Source: Gemmatimonadaceae bacterium | GTDB lineage: Bacteria; Gemmatimonadota; Gemmatimonadetes; Gemmatimonadales; Gemmatimonadaceae | NCBI GenBank assembly: GCA_036278895.1 | Contig: DASUKE010000035.1 | Span: 15,433-79,432 of the forward strand | Direction of reading: 5' to 3' | Length of the DNA: 64,000 nt | Shown: positions 16,441 to 27,497 of the stretch, one piece after another | Layout: each line of letters begins with the position of its first letter | Position numbering within the stretch: the first letter of the stretch is position 1 | Program-made: the position numbers and the translations under genes | Notes under the pieces: generated by a model | Databases searched by the model: none | What the model saw: the letters and a program-made list of their open reading frames with translations, nothing else | What the model was told of the DNA's origin: nothing

Positions 16441-16607
16441 GGATTCCTCGCGCGCCAGTTTACATTATTGCGCAGCCGGCAACCAGCCCGGGATGCACAA
16501 ACGCCCGTAGCGCGTCCCCGGCGATACACGCCACTCGCGATCCCTCACCTCGCGAGCCCCCGTCCCCGCCCCCCGCTCCCCGCGCGCATGCCGACGCCGA
16601 AGCTGAA

Positions 16608-18935
16608 ATGCCGGACCACACGCTGACGGAACGCCTCGCCCGCCTCCGCGCCGCGCTCGCCGGCCGCTATCGCGTGGACCGGGAGATCGGCGCGGGCGGC
16701 ATGGCCACGGTGTACGCGGCGCACGATCTCCGCCACGACCGCACGGTAGCCATCAAGGTACTTCGCCCCGAAGTGGCCTCGGCGGTCGGCGCCGAGCGGT
16801 TCCTGGAGGAGATCCGCACGACCGCGCGGCTGCAGCACCCGAACATCCTGCCGCTCTTCGATTCCGGTGAGGCGTCCGGGCTGCTGTTCTTCGTCATGCC
16901 CATGGTGACCGGCGAGACGCTGCGAAACCGGCTGGAGCGTGAGTCGCCGCTGCCGCTCGATGCCGCGCTCGCCATCGCCGGCGACTTGTGCAGCGCGCTG
17001 GACCACGCGCACCGTCACGGCGTGGTGCATCGCGACATCAAGCCCGAGAACATTCTCCTGCAGGATGGACGCGCCGTACTCGGCGACTTCGGCGTGGCGC
17101 TGGCCGCGCGGTCGGGCTCGGGCCGCCTCACGGAATCGGGAATCTCCGTGGGCACCCCCGCGTACATGAGCCCGGAGCAGATCCTGGGCGAGAGTTCGCT
17201 CGACGCCCGCAGCGACATCTATTCGGCCGGCACCGTGATCTACGAGATGCTGGCCGGCGCGCCGCCGTTCACCGCGCCCACGGCGCCGGCCATCGTCGCC
17301 CGCACGCTCACCGAAACGCCGGTGCGTCTCTCGCGCGCGCGGCGCGGCATTCCCGCACCGGTGGAGAGGGCGGTGATGGATGCGCTCGAGAAGGATCCCG
17401 CGCGGCGCCCGCAGTCGGCCGAGTCGCTGCGCGCGGCGCTCACTGCACCGGCGGTGCCGGCGGCGGCGCGGCCACGCCGGCGCCGCTGGATCGCCGCGGC
17501 GGCAACGATGGCGGTGCTCGTGGCCGGCCTGCTGCTGGGCACGCAACGGCGCGCGAGCACGGCGCCGGTGATCGCCATCCTGCCGTTCACCAACATCACG
17601 GGCGACACGAATAATACCGCGCTGGGACAGGGTTTGCCGCTCGCCATCTTCGACGCGCTCCGCCCGCTGCGCCTCGACGTGATCCCCATCGAGACGTCCA
17701 CCGACGTCGCGCGTCACTACGCCAACGACGACGCCGGCGCGCTGGGCCGGAGGCTACACGCCACCGCGATGCTGCTCGGCAAGTTCGAGCAGGACAACGG
17801 CCGCGTGCGCATCCACGTGCAGTTCCTCGACCAGCACAGCGGCCGCGTGCTCTGGTCCAACCAGTTCAACGGCGCGGCGAACCTGTTCGATCTGGAGGAC
17901 TCGGTGGCGCTGGCCGTGGCGAAAGCGCTGCGCGTCACGCTCACCGGCACACAGCTCGCCGCGTATCGCAGCGCGCCCACGGTACCGCCGGAGGTGCATC
18001 GCACGCTGGTGCGGGCGCGCGGCTACATCGAGCGGCGCGACGACGAGTCGCTGCACGCCGGCATTGATCTGCTGCGCGACGCGCTGGCCATGGATTCGTC
18101 GTACGCACCGGCATGGGCGCTGCTGGCGCGGGCGCACCTGCTGATTGCCGTCTATGACGACGTCCAGCCCGACAGCGACTTCATGGCGTCCAGTGATGCG
18201 GTGAGCCGCGCGCTGGCACTCGACAGCACGCTGGCCGGCGCGCATCTCACGCGCGCCGTGCTGCACGTGTTCGCCGACCACGACTATCGCGCCGCGGCCG
18301 TTGAATTCCAGCGCAGTCTCGCGCTCGACCCCACCAACGCGTCAACGCGTCTCTTCCAGAGCTGGTACTATCTGGCCACGGGTCAGCCCGATTCCGCGAT
18401 CATCACCATTCGGTTGGCGCGCCGCCTCGATCTCGACTCGCCCATCATCCGCGCGCGCGAAGGAACGGTGCTCTATCACGCCTTCAGGATCCCGGATGCG
18501 GCCCGCGCGCTGGAACAGGCACTCGTTGCCGATTCGGGGAACACGTTCGCGCGCCGCCAACTCACCGAGGTCTACGCCGACGACGGCCGCTGCGACGCCG
18601 CACGTCGCGTCGCGGCCCAGTTGCAGCCGACGCCGGAACAGTTCGAGAACTCGTTCTCCTGGTACGCGCGCGCCCGTTGCGGCGACACGACGGCCGCGCG
18701 GAGCTTCACGCGCGCGCTCGAAGCACGGGCCGCTCAGGGCGGGTTCGTGGACCCGTACCCCATGGCGCGCCTGTACGCTGCGCTCGGCGATACGGCACGC
18801 ATGTGGCCCTCGCTCGACCGTGCGGTGACGCACCACGTGTGGGAACTGTGGGCGCTTGCGGGCGATCAGGCGTTCGCGTCCTGGCGCAGCGATGCGCGAT
18901 TCGCGGCGCTCGTCAATCGCGCGCGCCCGCGCTGA
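16608..18935 (+). CDS. Ser/Thr protein kinase with TM segment and C-terminal TPR-like region (775 aa)
   Basis: ATG 16608 is in frame with track ORF 16398..18935. Motifs: YRVDREIGAGGMATVYAA, VAIKVL, HRDIKPENILL, DFG, SPEQ. A TM segment (WIAAAATMAVLVAGLLLG) is followed by helical repeats. Confidence 0.9.
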   Translation: MPDHTLTERLARLRAALAGRYRVDREIGAGGMATVYAAHDLRHDRTVAIKVLRPEVASAVGAERFLEEIRTTARLQHPNILPLFDSGEASGLLFFVMPMVTGETLRNRLERESPLPLDAALAIAGDLCSALDHAHRHGVVHRDIKPENILLQDGRAVLGDFGVALAARSGSGRLTESGISVGTPAYMSPEQILGESSLDARSDIYSAGTVIYEMLAGAPPFTAPTAPAIVARTLTETPVRLSRARRGIPAPVERAVMDALEKDPARRPQSAESLRAALTAPAVPAAARPRRRRWIAAAATMAVLVAGLLLGTQRRASTAPVIAILPFTNITGDTNNTALGQGLPLAIFDALRPLRLDVIPIETSTDVARHYANDDAGALGRRLHATAMLLGKFEQDNGRVRIHVQFLDQHSGRVLWSNQFNGAANLFDLEDSVALAVAKALRVTLTGTQLAAYRSAPTVPPEVHRTLVRARGYIERRDDESLHAGIDLLRDALAMDSSYAPAWALLARAHLLIAVYDDVQPDSDFMASSDAVSRALALDSTLAGAHLTRAVLHVFADHDYRAAAVEFQRSLALDPTNASTRLFQSWYYLATGQPDSAIITIRLARRLDLDSPIIRAREGTVLYHAFRIPDAARALEQALVADSGNTFARRQLTEVYADDGRCDAARRVAAQLQPTPEQFENSFSWYARARCGDTTAARSFTRALEARAAQGGFVDPYPMARLYAALGDTARMWPSLDRAVTHHVWELWALAGDQAFASWRSDARFAALVNRARPR

Positions 18936-18975
18936 CCGCGAGGTGATGGATTCCACTTTCACTGAAGAGGTGCAC

Positions 18976-19629
18976 ATGACCAAAGTCAGAGTCGAGAACT
19001 TCACCATCTCGCTCGATGGGTACGGGGCGGGCCCGGATCAGAGCGTCGAAAATCCGCTCGGCGTGGGCGCCGAGACGATGCACGGCTGGATGCTTGCGAC
19101 TCGCGCGTGGTCGCAGATGCATGGCGACGAGGGTGGAGGGACAGGGCTGGACAACGAGTTCGCCGCGCGGGGCACCGAGGCCGTTGGCGCCTGGATTCTC
19201 GGGCGGAACATGTTCGGACCCGTTCGCGGCCCCTGGCCGGACATGAACTGGAAGGGCTGGTGGGGCGACGACCCACCCTATCACGTTCCGGTGTTCGTCC
19301 TGACGCATCACGCGCGGCCGCCCCTTCAGATGAAAGGCAACACGACCTTCTACTTCATCACGGGCGGCATTCACGAGGCGCTCGACCAGGCACGCGCGGC
19401 GGCGGATGGAATGGACGTGCGCATCGGCGGCGGGGCCGACACCGTTCAGCAGTATCTTCGCGCGGGGCTGATCGATAAGCTGCACATCGCGATCGCGCCG
19501 GTTCTGCTTGGGAAAGGCGAGCGACTATTCGAGGGCGTTGACATGCGCTCGCTGGGATACGAATGCACGCAGTTCGTGGCCTCGGAGAAGGCGCTGCATG
19601 TCGTGATGCAGCGTGGGAAAGCCGGCTGA
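18976..19629 (+). CDS. Dihydrofolate-reductase-family (RibD C-terminal domain) protein
   Basis: ATG 18976 starts MTKVRVENFTISLDGYGAGPDQ...GRNMFGP...FVLTHH...GGGADTVQQYLRAGLIDKLHIAIAPVLLGKGERLF. Confidence 0.8.
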   Translation: MTKVRVENFTISLDGYGAGPDQSVENPLGVGAETMHGWMLATRAWSQMHGDEGGGTGLDNEFAARGTEAVGAWILGRNMFGPVRGPWPDMNWKGWWGDDPPYHVPVFVLTHHARPPLQMKGNTTFYFITGGIHEALDQARAAADGMDVRIGGGADTVQQYLRAGLIDKLHIAIAPVLLGKGERLFEGVDMRSLGYECTQFVASEKALHVVMQRGKAG

Positions 19630-19691
19630 TTTCCAGTGAGCACGGTGCGCCGTGTTCCGTACTTCGTGCGGCTGGTCTCGCGCCTGCGGCC

Positions 19692-20471
19692 ATGCACACT
19701 ACGATTCCATTCATGGACCCGAATTCCCACGAGGCCCTCCTCGAGCGACGGCAGGCGGGAACACTGACCTGGCGCGGGCCCGCGCTGATGCTCCTTGCGC
19801 GCGCGGCGATTGCCGTCGCCGCGCAAGCCGTCGTTGCCGCCGTGTTCCTCCTGCTCGCCGCGCGCACGCCGTGGCACGACGCCGAGCCGTGGCTGCCGGT
19901 GTATGGAACGTCGATCGACGCCGGCTGCCTACTGCTCCTCTGGCGCCTCACGCGCCGCGAGGGCATTGGTCTGTTCGATCTGGTTGGCTTCACACGCTCA
20001 TGCGTCGGCCGCGATGTGCTGCTCGGCCTGGCGCTCATCCCCGTGAGTCTCGTGTTCATCTTTGCCGGCACGTACGCGGCGGGCTTCACGGTCTACGGCA
20101 AGGCCGCGCCGCCGTATTTCCTGGGCGGACTGCCGCTCTGGGCCGCGCTGTACGGGGTGCTGGTGTGGCCCTTCATCTGGGGACTCACCGAGCAGATGAC
20201 CTACAACGGCTATCTGCTGCCGCGCTGCCAGGTGCTGTTCCGCAGCACGAGCGCGGCGGTGGCCGTCGTGTCCTTAGTCTGGTCGCTGCAGCATGCGTTC
20301 ATGCCGCTCACGTTCGACGCGAAGTTCATGGAGTTCCGCCTGCTCGCATCAGTCCCCTTCTCCGTCTTCGAGACGCTCCTGTATCTGCGACTCCGCCGCC
20401 TGATTCCGTTCGCCCTCGCGCACGCGCTGATGGACGGCGCGACGGTGCTCATCCCCCTGCTGAGCGCATGA
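19692..20471 (+). CDS. CPBP-family (CAAX) intramembrane protease-like protein
   Basis: ATG 19692 is in frame with track ORF 19563..20471. Polytopic membrane protein with LTEQMTYNGYLLP, SLQHAF and FALAHALMDG motifs. Confidence 0.7.
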   Translation: MHTTIPFMDPNSHEALLERRQAGTLTWRGPALMLLARAAIAVAAQAVVAAVFLLLAARTPWHDAEPWLPVYGTSIDAGCLLLLWRLTRREGIGLFDLVGFTRSCVGRDVLLGLALIPVSLVFIFAGTYAAGFTVYGKAAPPYFLGGLPLWAALYGVLVWPFIWGLTEQMTYNGYLLPRCQVLFRSTSAAVAVVSLVWSLQHAFMPLTFDAKFMEFRLLASVPFSVFETLLYLRLRRLIPFALAHALMDGATVLIPLLSA

Positions 20472-21103
20472 CGGAGCGCTCGCGGTTGAGCGCGGAGGCC
20501 TCCCGCGAAACCCTGCCGGAGACCGATTCCCACATGCTTCCGGTACGCGTCGCCACAATCGCGGACATTCCCGCGCTCGAGGAGCTCATCGGCCTGTCGG
20601 TGCGTGCGCTCAGCGTTGGTTTCTACACCGCTGCGCAGGTCGATGCCGCGATGGACCAGGTCTTTGGCGTCGATACCCAACTCATCGCAGACGGAACGTA
20701 TTACGTCATCCAGAGTTCAGCGCGGCTGGCGGCAGCCGGCGGCTGGAGCGCCCGCCGCACACTCTACGGCGGCGACAGGATGAAGCAGGGTGATGATCCA
20801 CTCCTGGATCCCGCGACGGATGCCGCGCGCATTCGCGCCTTCTTCGTGCATCCCGACTGGGCGCGCCGGGGCCTGGCGCGACAGCTCTACGCGACGTGCG
20901 AGCAAGCGGCGCGCGCCGCGGGATTTCACCGGTTCGAGTTGATGGCCACGTTGCCCGGCGAGCCGTTCTATCACGTGCTGGGGTTCACGGGCGTCGAGCG
21001 CGTCGTCTCCACTCTCGCCGGTGGCGTGGAGATACCGTTCATCCGGATGACACGGCCCATCGACCTCGCTGACCCGTCGTCGCCACATGACGTTCGTCCC
21101 TGA
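20468..21103 (+). CDS. GNAT-family N-acetyltransferase
   Basis: ATG 20468 overlaps the CPBP stop (ATGA). The sequence ...RIRAFFVHPDWARRGLARQLYATCEQAARAAGFHRFELMATLPGEPFYHVLGF carries the acetyl-CoA-binding R/Q-x-x-G-x-A pattern. An alternative internal start is MLPVRVATIADIP. Confidence 0.8.
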   Translation: MTERSRLSAEASRETLPETDSHMLPVRVATIADIPALEELIGLSVRALSVGFYTAAQVDAAMDQVFGVDTQLIADGTYYVIQSSARLAAAGGWSARRTLYGGDRMKQGDDPLLDPATDAARIRAFFVHPDWARRGLARQLYATCEQAARAAGFHRFELMATLPGEPFYHVLGFTGVERVVSTLAGGVEIPFIRMTRPIDLADPSSPHDVRP

Positions 21104-21132
21104 CAGGACCACGGATGGCTGAGCGCGGCGTA

Positions 21133-22242
21133 CTATGGAATGGTCGCCTCATAGAAATGAACCATTCCTCCTCTTGCCTGCAGGTACTGGGTAGCACGCT
21201 GCTGCCCGTACGCCCTGGCCTCGGCCTTGCCGAGACTCTCGCCGGCTTTCTTGATCTGCGCCTTTTCGAAGTTGGCATCCAGCTTCGTCGTCTTCTTGCG
21301 CAGCCCGGCGAGCTCCGGCCGCGTGAGCGGATCCATGCGCTCGGACGCCGGAGGTGCAGCGCCACCCGCGGTCCGCAGATCCACGAGTGCGCCACCAACA
21401 TTCTGCCAGGCACGTCCCTTCCCGTCGGCCGACGTGGCACCGGCGTCGCAATGAAACAGGCAGCCTCCGTCTCGCACAACCGCGAAATTCTTGCGAAGCC
21501 CGGTGGATGCCGACAGGACGATCTGCAGATCGAGGTTGGAGACTCCGCCCTTGCTCAGTTGTCCGTTGTCATGATCGGCGCAGATTTCGACGCCGATGCG
21601 CAGCGTCACCCCGCCCAGATTGAAATCAAAAGCGCCAACGCTGTTGCCCGTCGCGAACACCATCACCTTCCCCGCCTTCCTGTCCTGCGGGTTCAGCTCG
21701 GCGCAGTCGAGCATCTTGCGATACTTGAACACCTGGCGGCCGCCGTGGAAGGCGTAGGCGGTGTTGTGGGCGAGATAGGTCGATTTCTCCTCGCCCACCG
21801 TGTAGGTCCCCGCATACTTCACGAGACGTGATGTGTGCAGGGGGTTCGCCGCCAGCCGGGCCGACTCGAGCTTCTTGTCGACGAGCGGCTTGAAATACGA
21901 CACGGTCCCGGGCAGGAGCAGCATGTCGGGAAGGTCGGCACTGATCTTCGCCATTGCCTGAACCACGTGGCCACGCGTCTCGTAGTCCATGACGTGGCGG
22001 TTGCAGGACTCCGAGAAGAAGTATTCCGGCGCCATGAAGAGCCGCAGCACCGGCGTGCCTGCCGCGAGCCCGCCGGGTATCGGCATGGCGCGATCTGCTG
22101 CTTCGATCGCGCTGCGCAGGAGAACCAACCGGTCCTGCCACGCGAGGAGGCTGGTGAAGTTGGCGAGGTCCCGCGCATCGCTGGGGGCACTGCCAACTTC
22201 TGTCTTTGCGTTCCAGACCGCGGCCTTGATGAGGGTCGGCAT
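21133..22242 (-). CDS. Divergent carbon-nitrogen hydrolase (nitrilase superfamily)-like protein with C-terminal extension
   Basis: Track ORF. A candidate Glu-Lys-Cys triad is present: LFMAPEYFF, FKYRKMLD, GVEICADH. No signal peptide. It starts 12 nt after the stop of the upstream gene. Confidence 0.65.
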   Translation of the reverse strand: MPTLIKAAVWNAKTEVGSAPSDARDLANFTSLLAWQDRLVLLRSAIEAADRAMPIPGGLAAGTPVLRLFMAPEYFFSESCNRHVMDYETRGHVVQAMAKISADLPDMLLLPGTVSYFKPLVDKKLESARLAANPLHTSRLVKYAGTYTVGEEKSTYLAHNTAYAFHGGRQVFKYRKMLDCAELNPQDRKAGKVMVFATGNSVGAFDFNLGGVTLRIGVEICADHDNGQLSKGGVSNLDLQIVLSASTGLRKNFAVVRDGGCLFHCDAGATSADGKGRAWQNVGGALVDLRTAGGAAPPASERMDPLTRPELAGLRKKTTKLDANFEKAQIKKAGESLGKAEARAYGQQRATQYLQARGGMVHFYEATIP

Positions 22243-22254
22243 CGCCGGCTGCGA

Positions 22255-24303
22255 TTACGGAAAGCGATACGACGTGAAGTCCTTCCAGAGCTGCTCGATC
22301 ATTGCGGGCTGCACCGAAATCGACACGGGCTTGCCGCCCGGCGCCGCATCCACGATGCGCATCACGTACGTGGCCGTCGTGCCCACCGCGCGCGGCGCGA
22401 AATCGCGAATGCGGTAGACGTAAATCCCCTGCATGGGAACCTGCCGTCCGCTGGCGCGCATCTCATCCACGTTCAGCACCGCGGGAATCCGCACTTCCTC
22501 CACGGGGATGATCGGCACTCCGTCGCGCGTGATCACCATGGACTTGAAGTTCCCCGCATCGAAATTCCTGAGCTTGTCGGCATCGTAGTACGGGAACGCG
22601 GCGCCGTCGGGCATCACGTTCACGACCACCACCGCGCGCCGTTCATCGAGATAGTCGTGCCAGTCGCGCCACCCTTCAATGGGATCGATGCGGCGCCACT
22701 GCGCCGCCTTGCGGGGATCGTGCTGCTTGCGATCGGCGAGCGCCTTGTCGGCCTGCACCTGGCGCCAGGCCATGATCTGCGGCGTCATCACGAGCACGCG
22801 GAACGGGCCGTCGCCCGTCTGGTACACGTGCAGGTCCAGATTGGCCAGCGCGCTCACCGCGTCGATCGGGGCCTTGGGGAACGGGTCCGCGGGCAGCACG
22901 GGGAGCAGCGAATCACTCGGCGCGCGCGCGGCCAGCGACGGCAGCGCGCTGCGCGCGCGTTGCACGGCGTCCGCCACCTGCGCGGCGGGCACCGATGATG
23001 CGACACGCGGTCCGGCGCCCGCGTCGACCAGCGCCAACTGCGTTTCCCTGGTGCTGTTCAGTCCGATCACGAAGCCATCGAGATTGATGAGCGGGCCGCC
23101 GGTGTTGAGCCAGTTCACGCCGGCGTCGCTCATGATGGCGCTGGAGTTCGCCGAGCTGATGATCCCGATGGACAGCACCGAGAGCTGGTTGAGCGGCGAG
23201 CCGAGGGCGAGCACGCGATCGCCCGCGGCGGGAGCTGTGCTCTTGGTGCTGTCGAAGAGCGGCAGCACGGCGCACGAGCCGCAGTGACTCATGTTGATGG
23301 CGAGGACGGCAATGTCCCTGTCATCGTCGGTCACGACGGGCGTGGCGTACACCTTCGTGGCCGAGTCGATCTGCACGCGCACGTCCTCGGCGCCCTTGAC
23401 GAGATGCGCATTGGTGACGACGAGGCCCGTGGAGTCCACGAGGAATCCCGTCCCGCGCGCGGCGCCGAACACGGTGAACACGCCGCTCCTGTACTTGGCG
23501 AAGATGTCGCGTTCGACGTTCTCGCGCTTCGCGGGTTTGGCCCGCGCCGCGACCGCGGCGCTGTCGACGACCGTGTCGATCGTCGCGTTCTTCTGCGTGA
23601 GCTCGACCGGGCGCATGTCCTTCGAGAAAGGCTGGTCGAACGCCCAATGATAGCGCGCGTTCCCGATGGTCACGCTCTGCGCGCTCTCGATGCGGTACAC
23701 GCCTTCCCTGAACGATCCATCCGCCGCGCCATCCAGATCGGTGGACAGCCGCGTGGTGTCGTTCTGCGGGCTGATGATGTAGAGGTCCATCTGCGGCACG
23801 GGACGCACCGTGATGTCCGCGCCCACGACTGCCGCACGAAACTTCACGGGGAACGTCGAATCGGGCGGCGGCGCGACTGCTGCGGCGGGAGCGGTGGCAG
23901 CGGCGGCAGCGGCCCCGGCAGGCGCCGGCTTGGCGCTGTCGGGGGGCGGCGCCGAAGGATTGGGATTGTCCGGACCACAGACGGACTTGAGCTCAGCCAC
24001 GAGCGAATCGGTGGCGCCGGCCTGGCGCAACTGCGCCGTGGCGTCATCGCTGAAACTGAAGGAGACGCAGTTCTCCTTCACCAGCGCGAGCACGCGTTTC
24101 GCGGGGACCTTGTTCTTCACGAGGCCCACGACGTCGGAGAGCGAATAGGCGCTCGCCTGGGCATGCGCGAGCGCCGGGAGTGCCGGCAGGGCAACGAGGA
24201 GCACGCCGGCGGCCATGGCGCGCCGCGCGAGAGGCGTGACGTGCGTGAAGCGCGTGACGTGCATGAAACGCGCGAGGCGCGTGAGGTGCGGCAGGGACAA
24301 CAT
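22255..24303 (-). CDS. Secreted trypsin-like (S1C/HtrA-type fold) protease homologue with Thr at the nucleophile position
   Basis: The track ORF 22255..25398 is over-extended. The start is ATG 24303 (5 nt after the kinase stop) or ATG 24216 (MAAGVLLVALPALPALAHA signal). Motifs: GTGFLVDSTGLVVTNAHLV (His), DRDIAVLAI (Asp), and NWLNTGGPLINLDGFVIG where GNSGGP is expected. Confidence 0.8.
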   Translation of the reverse strand: MLSLPHLTRLARFMHVTRFTHVTPLARRAMAAGVLLVALPALPALAHAQASAYSLSDVVGLVKNKVPAKRVLALVKENCVSFSFSDDATAQLRQAGATDSLVAELKSVCGPDNPNPSAPPPDSAKPAPAGAAAAAATAPAAAVAPPPDSTFPVKFRAAVVGADITVRPVPQMDLYIISPQNDTTRLSTDLDGAADGSFREGVYRIESAQSVTIGNARYHWAFDQPFSKDMRPVELTQKNATIDTVVDSAAVAARAKPAKRENVERDIFAKYRSGVFTVFGAARGTGFLVDSTGLVVTNAHLVKGAEDVRVQIDSATKVYATPVVTDDDRDIAVLAINMSHCGSCAVLPLFDSTKSTAPAAGDRVLALGSPLNQLSVLSIGIISSANSSAIMSDAGVNWLNTGGPLINLDGFVIGLNSTRETQLALVDAGAGPRVASSVPAAQVADAVQRARSALPSLAARAPSDSLLPVLPADPFPKAPIDAVSALANLDLHVYQTGDGPFRVLVMTPQIMAWRQVQADKALADRKQHDPRKAAQWRRIDPIEGWRDWHDYLDERRAVVVVNVMPDGAAFPYYDADKLRNFDAGNFKSMVITRDGVPIIPVEEVRIPAVLNVDEMRASGRQVPMQGIYVYRIRDFAPRAVGTTATYVMRIVDAAPGGKPVSISVQPAMIEQLWKDFTSYRFP

Positions 24304-24308
24304 GGGGG

Positions 24309-26237
<1,929 letters not shown>

Positions 26238-26382
26238 GTGATCGACAGGGCTCTCGTGGGCGACGGCCGGATGCGGTGCAAGCGCACAAAGATACGCTGT
26301 GCGGCAGGAGTTGAGAATGGCTGGTGGCAGCGTTGGGACCGAGCCGAGGGACAGGCCAGAGCCGTTGCGAATATTTCGATCA

Positions 26383-26411
26383 TTGCGTTTGTTGCGATTA
26401 CATGTTAGAAT
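26383..26411 (+). promoter_or_regulatory. Sigma-70-like promoter for the HTH-antitoxin/PIN operon
   Basis: TTGCGT (26383-26388), a 17-nt spacer, then TAGAAT (26406-26411), about 28 nt upstream of ATG 26440. It lies in an AT-richer intergenic stretch with repeated TTGCG(A/T) words. Confidence 0.45.
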
Positions 26412-26439
26412 CAGCCAGTCCTCAAACAGAGACGTATTC

Positions 26440-26901
26440 ATGACTGCCGTCGCCGATATCGAACTCCCAACCGCTGAGGTGGCCGAGGAAGCGAAGAATG
26501 CGCTTCGGCCGCTCTCCGAGATCGTACGGTCACGGTCCTTTCGCGGCGTCAAGCTGACGGTGAAGCGAGGTGGCGCGAGCGTCGAGGTTACCGTTCCACG
26601 CTCCGCGTACATTCTCTTTCTCGAACTCCTTGGTCATCTGGCGGAGGGGGACGCTGTAACTATCGTTCCCATTCACGCCGAATTGACGACGCAACAGGCT
26701 GCTGACCTCCTGAACGTCTCGCGACCGCATCTCGTTCGGCTGCTTGGAACGGGCGCCATCCCATTTCGAAAGGTTGGCACCCATCGCCGATTGCTTGCCA
26801 AGGACGTTTTTCGCTACCGGGCGGAGCAACGGGAACGAAGCGAAGTAGCGCTAAGGGAGTTGGCAGCCGCCTCGCAGGACTTGCGGCTCTACGACAAGTA
26901 G
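26440..26901 (+). CDS. Type II antitoxin, excisionase/MerR-like HTH DNA-binding protein
   Basis: ATG 26440 is in frame with track ORF 26299..26901. ELTTQQAADLLNVSRPHLVRLLGTGAIPFRKVGTHRRL is an HTH_17-type motif. The stop is 2 nt before the PIN gene. Confidence 0.8.
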   Translation: MTAVADIELPTAEVAEEAKNALRPLSEIVRSRSFRGVKLTVKRGGASVEVTVPRSAYILFLELLGHLAEGDAVTIVPIHAELTTQQAADLLNVSRPHLVRLLGTGAIPFRKVGTHRRLLAKDVFRYRAEQRERSEVALRELAAASQDLRLYDK

Positions 26902-26903
26902 AC

Positions 26904-27467
26904 GTGGCGTTCTGTGTCGTGTACGACGCGTGCGTGCTCTATCCGGCGATGTTGCGCGACCTCCTGCTGCGGATTGCGGTCGAAGGCATCGTCCGTGCTC
27001 GCTGGTCGGATGAGATCCTCGACGAGTGCTTCGAGGCGATCGCGCGGGATCGCCCTGATCTTGCACCGACAGCTCTCGCTCGCACTCGGCGACTGATGAA
27101 CGAAGCGGTTCCGGATTGCCTCGTCACGGAGCATCAGTCGCTCATGCCCGGGTTGCTGCTCCCTGATCCCGACGATCGGCATGTGCTTGCGGCGGCAATC
27201 CGGGCCGGCGCACAGGCAATCGTCACCTTCAATGTCGCTGATTTCCCGACGGAGCGTCTCGCCGCATTCGGTATGGAAGCCAAGCATCCGGACGACTTCG
27301 TCGTCGAGACGATCGACCTTGCTCCGGCTGCGATGGGACGGATTATCGAGTCGCAGCACCTTGCACTGACACACCCGCCCGTGTCGCGCGCCGAAATTCT
27401 CGACAGTCTCGAGCGTGCGGGGCTCGTTCAGGCCGCCGTTCGACTGCGAAGCCTCGACAGCCCCTGA
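26904..27467 (+). CDS. PIN-domain toxin (VapC-like ribonuclease)
   Basis: GTG 26904. Acidic PIN residues: VVYDACVLY, LPDPDDRHVLAAAI, IVTFNVADF. Confidence 0.8.
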   Translation: MAFCVVYDACVLYPAMLRDLLLRIAVEGIVRARWSDEILDECFEAIARDRPDLAPTALARTRRLMNEAVPDCLVTEHQSLMPGLLLPDPDDRHVLAAAIRAGAQAIVTFNVADFPTERLAAFGMEAKHPDDFVVETIDLAPAAMGRIIESQHLALTHPPVSRAEILDSLERAGLVQAAVRLRSLDSP

Positions 27468-27497
27468 CCGGCACATACCTGTCCAAACAGCATCGCC

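Noticed and set aside
24234-24269. 18-bp tandem duplication GCGTGACGTGCGTGAAGC / GCGTGACGTGCATGAAAC at the 5' end of the protease-like gene.
   Set aside because: The duplication is real in the sequence, but it may simply be part of a long charged signal-peptide n-region (FMHVTR/FTHVTP) or of a 93-nt spacer if the true start is 24216. There is no functional inference beyond start-site uncertainty.
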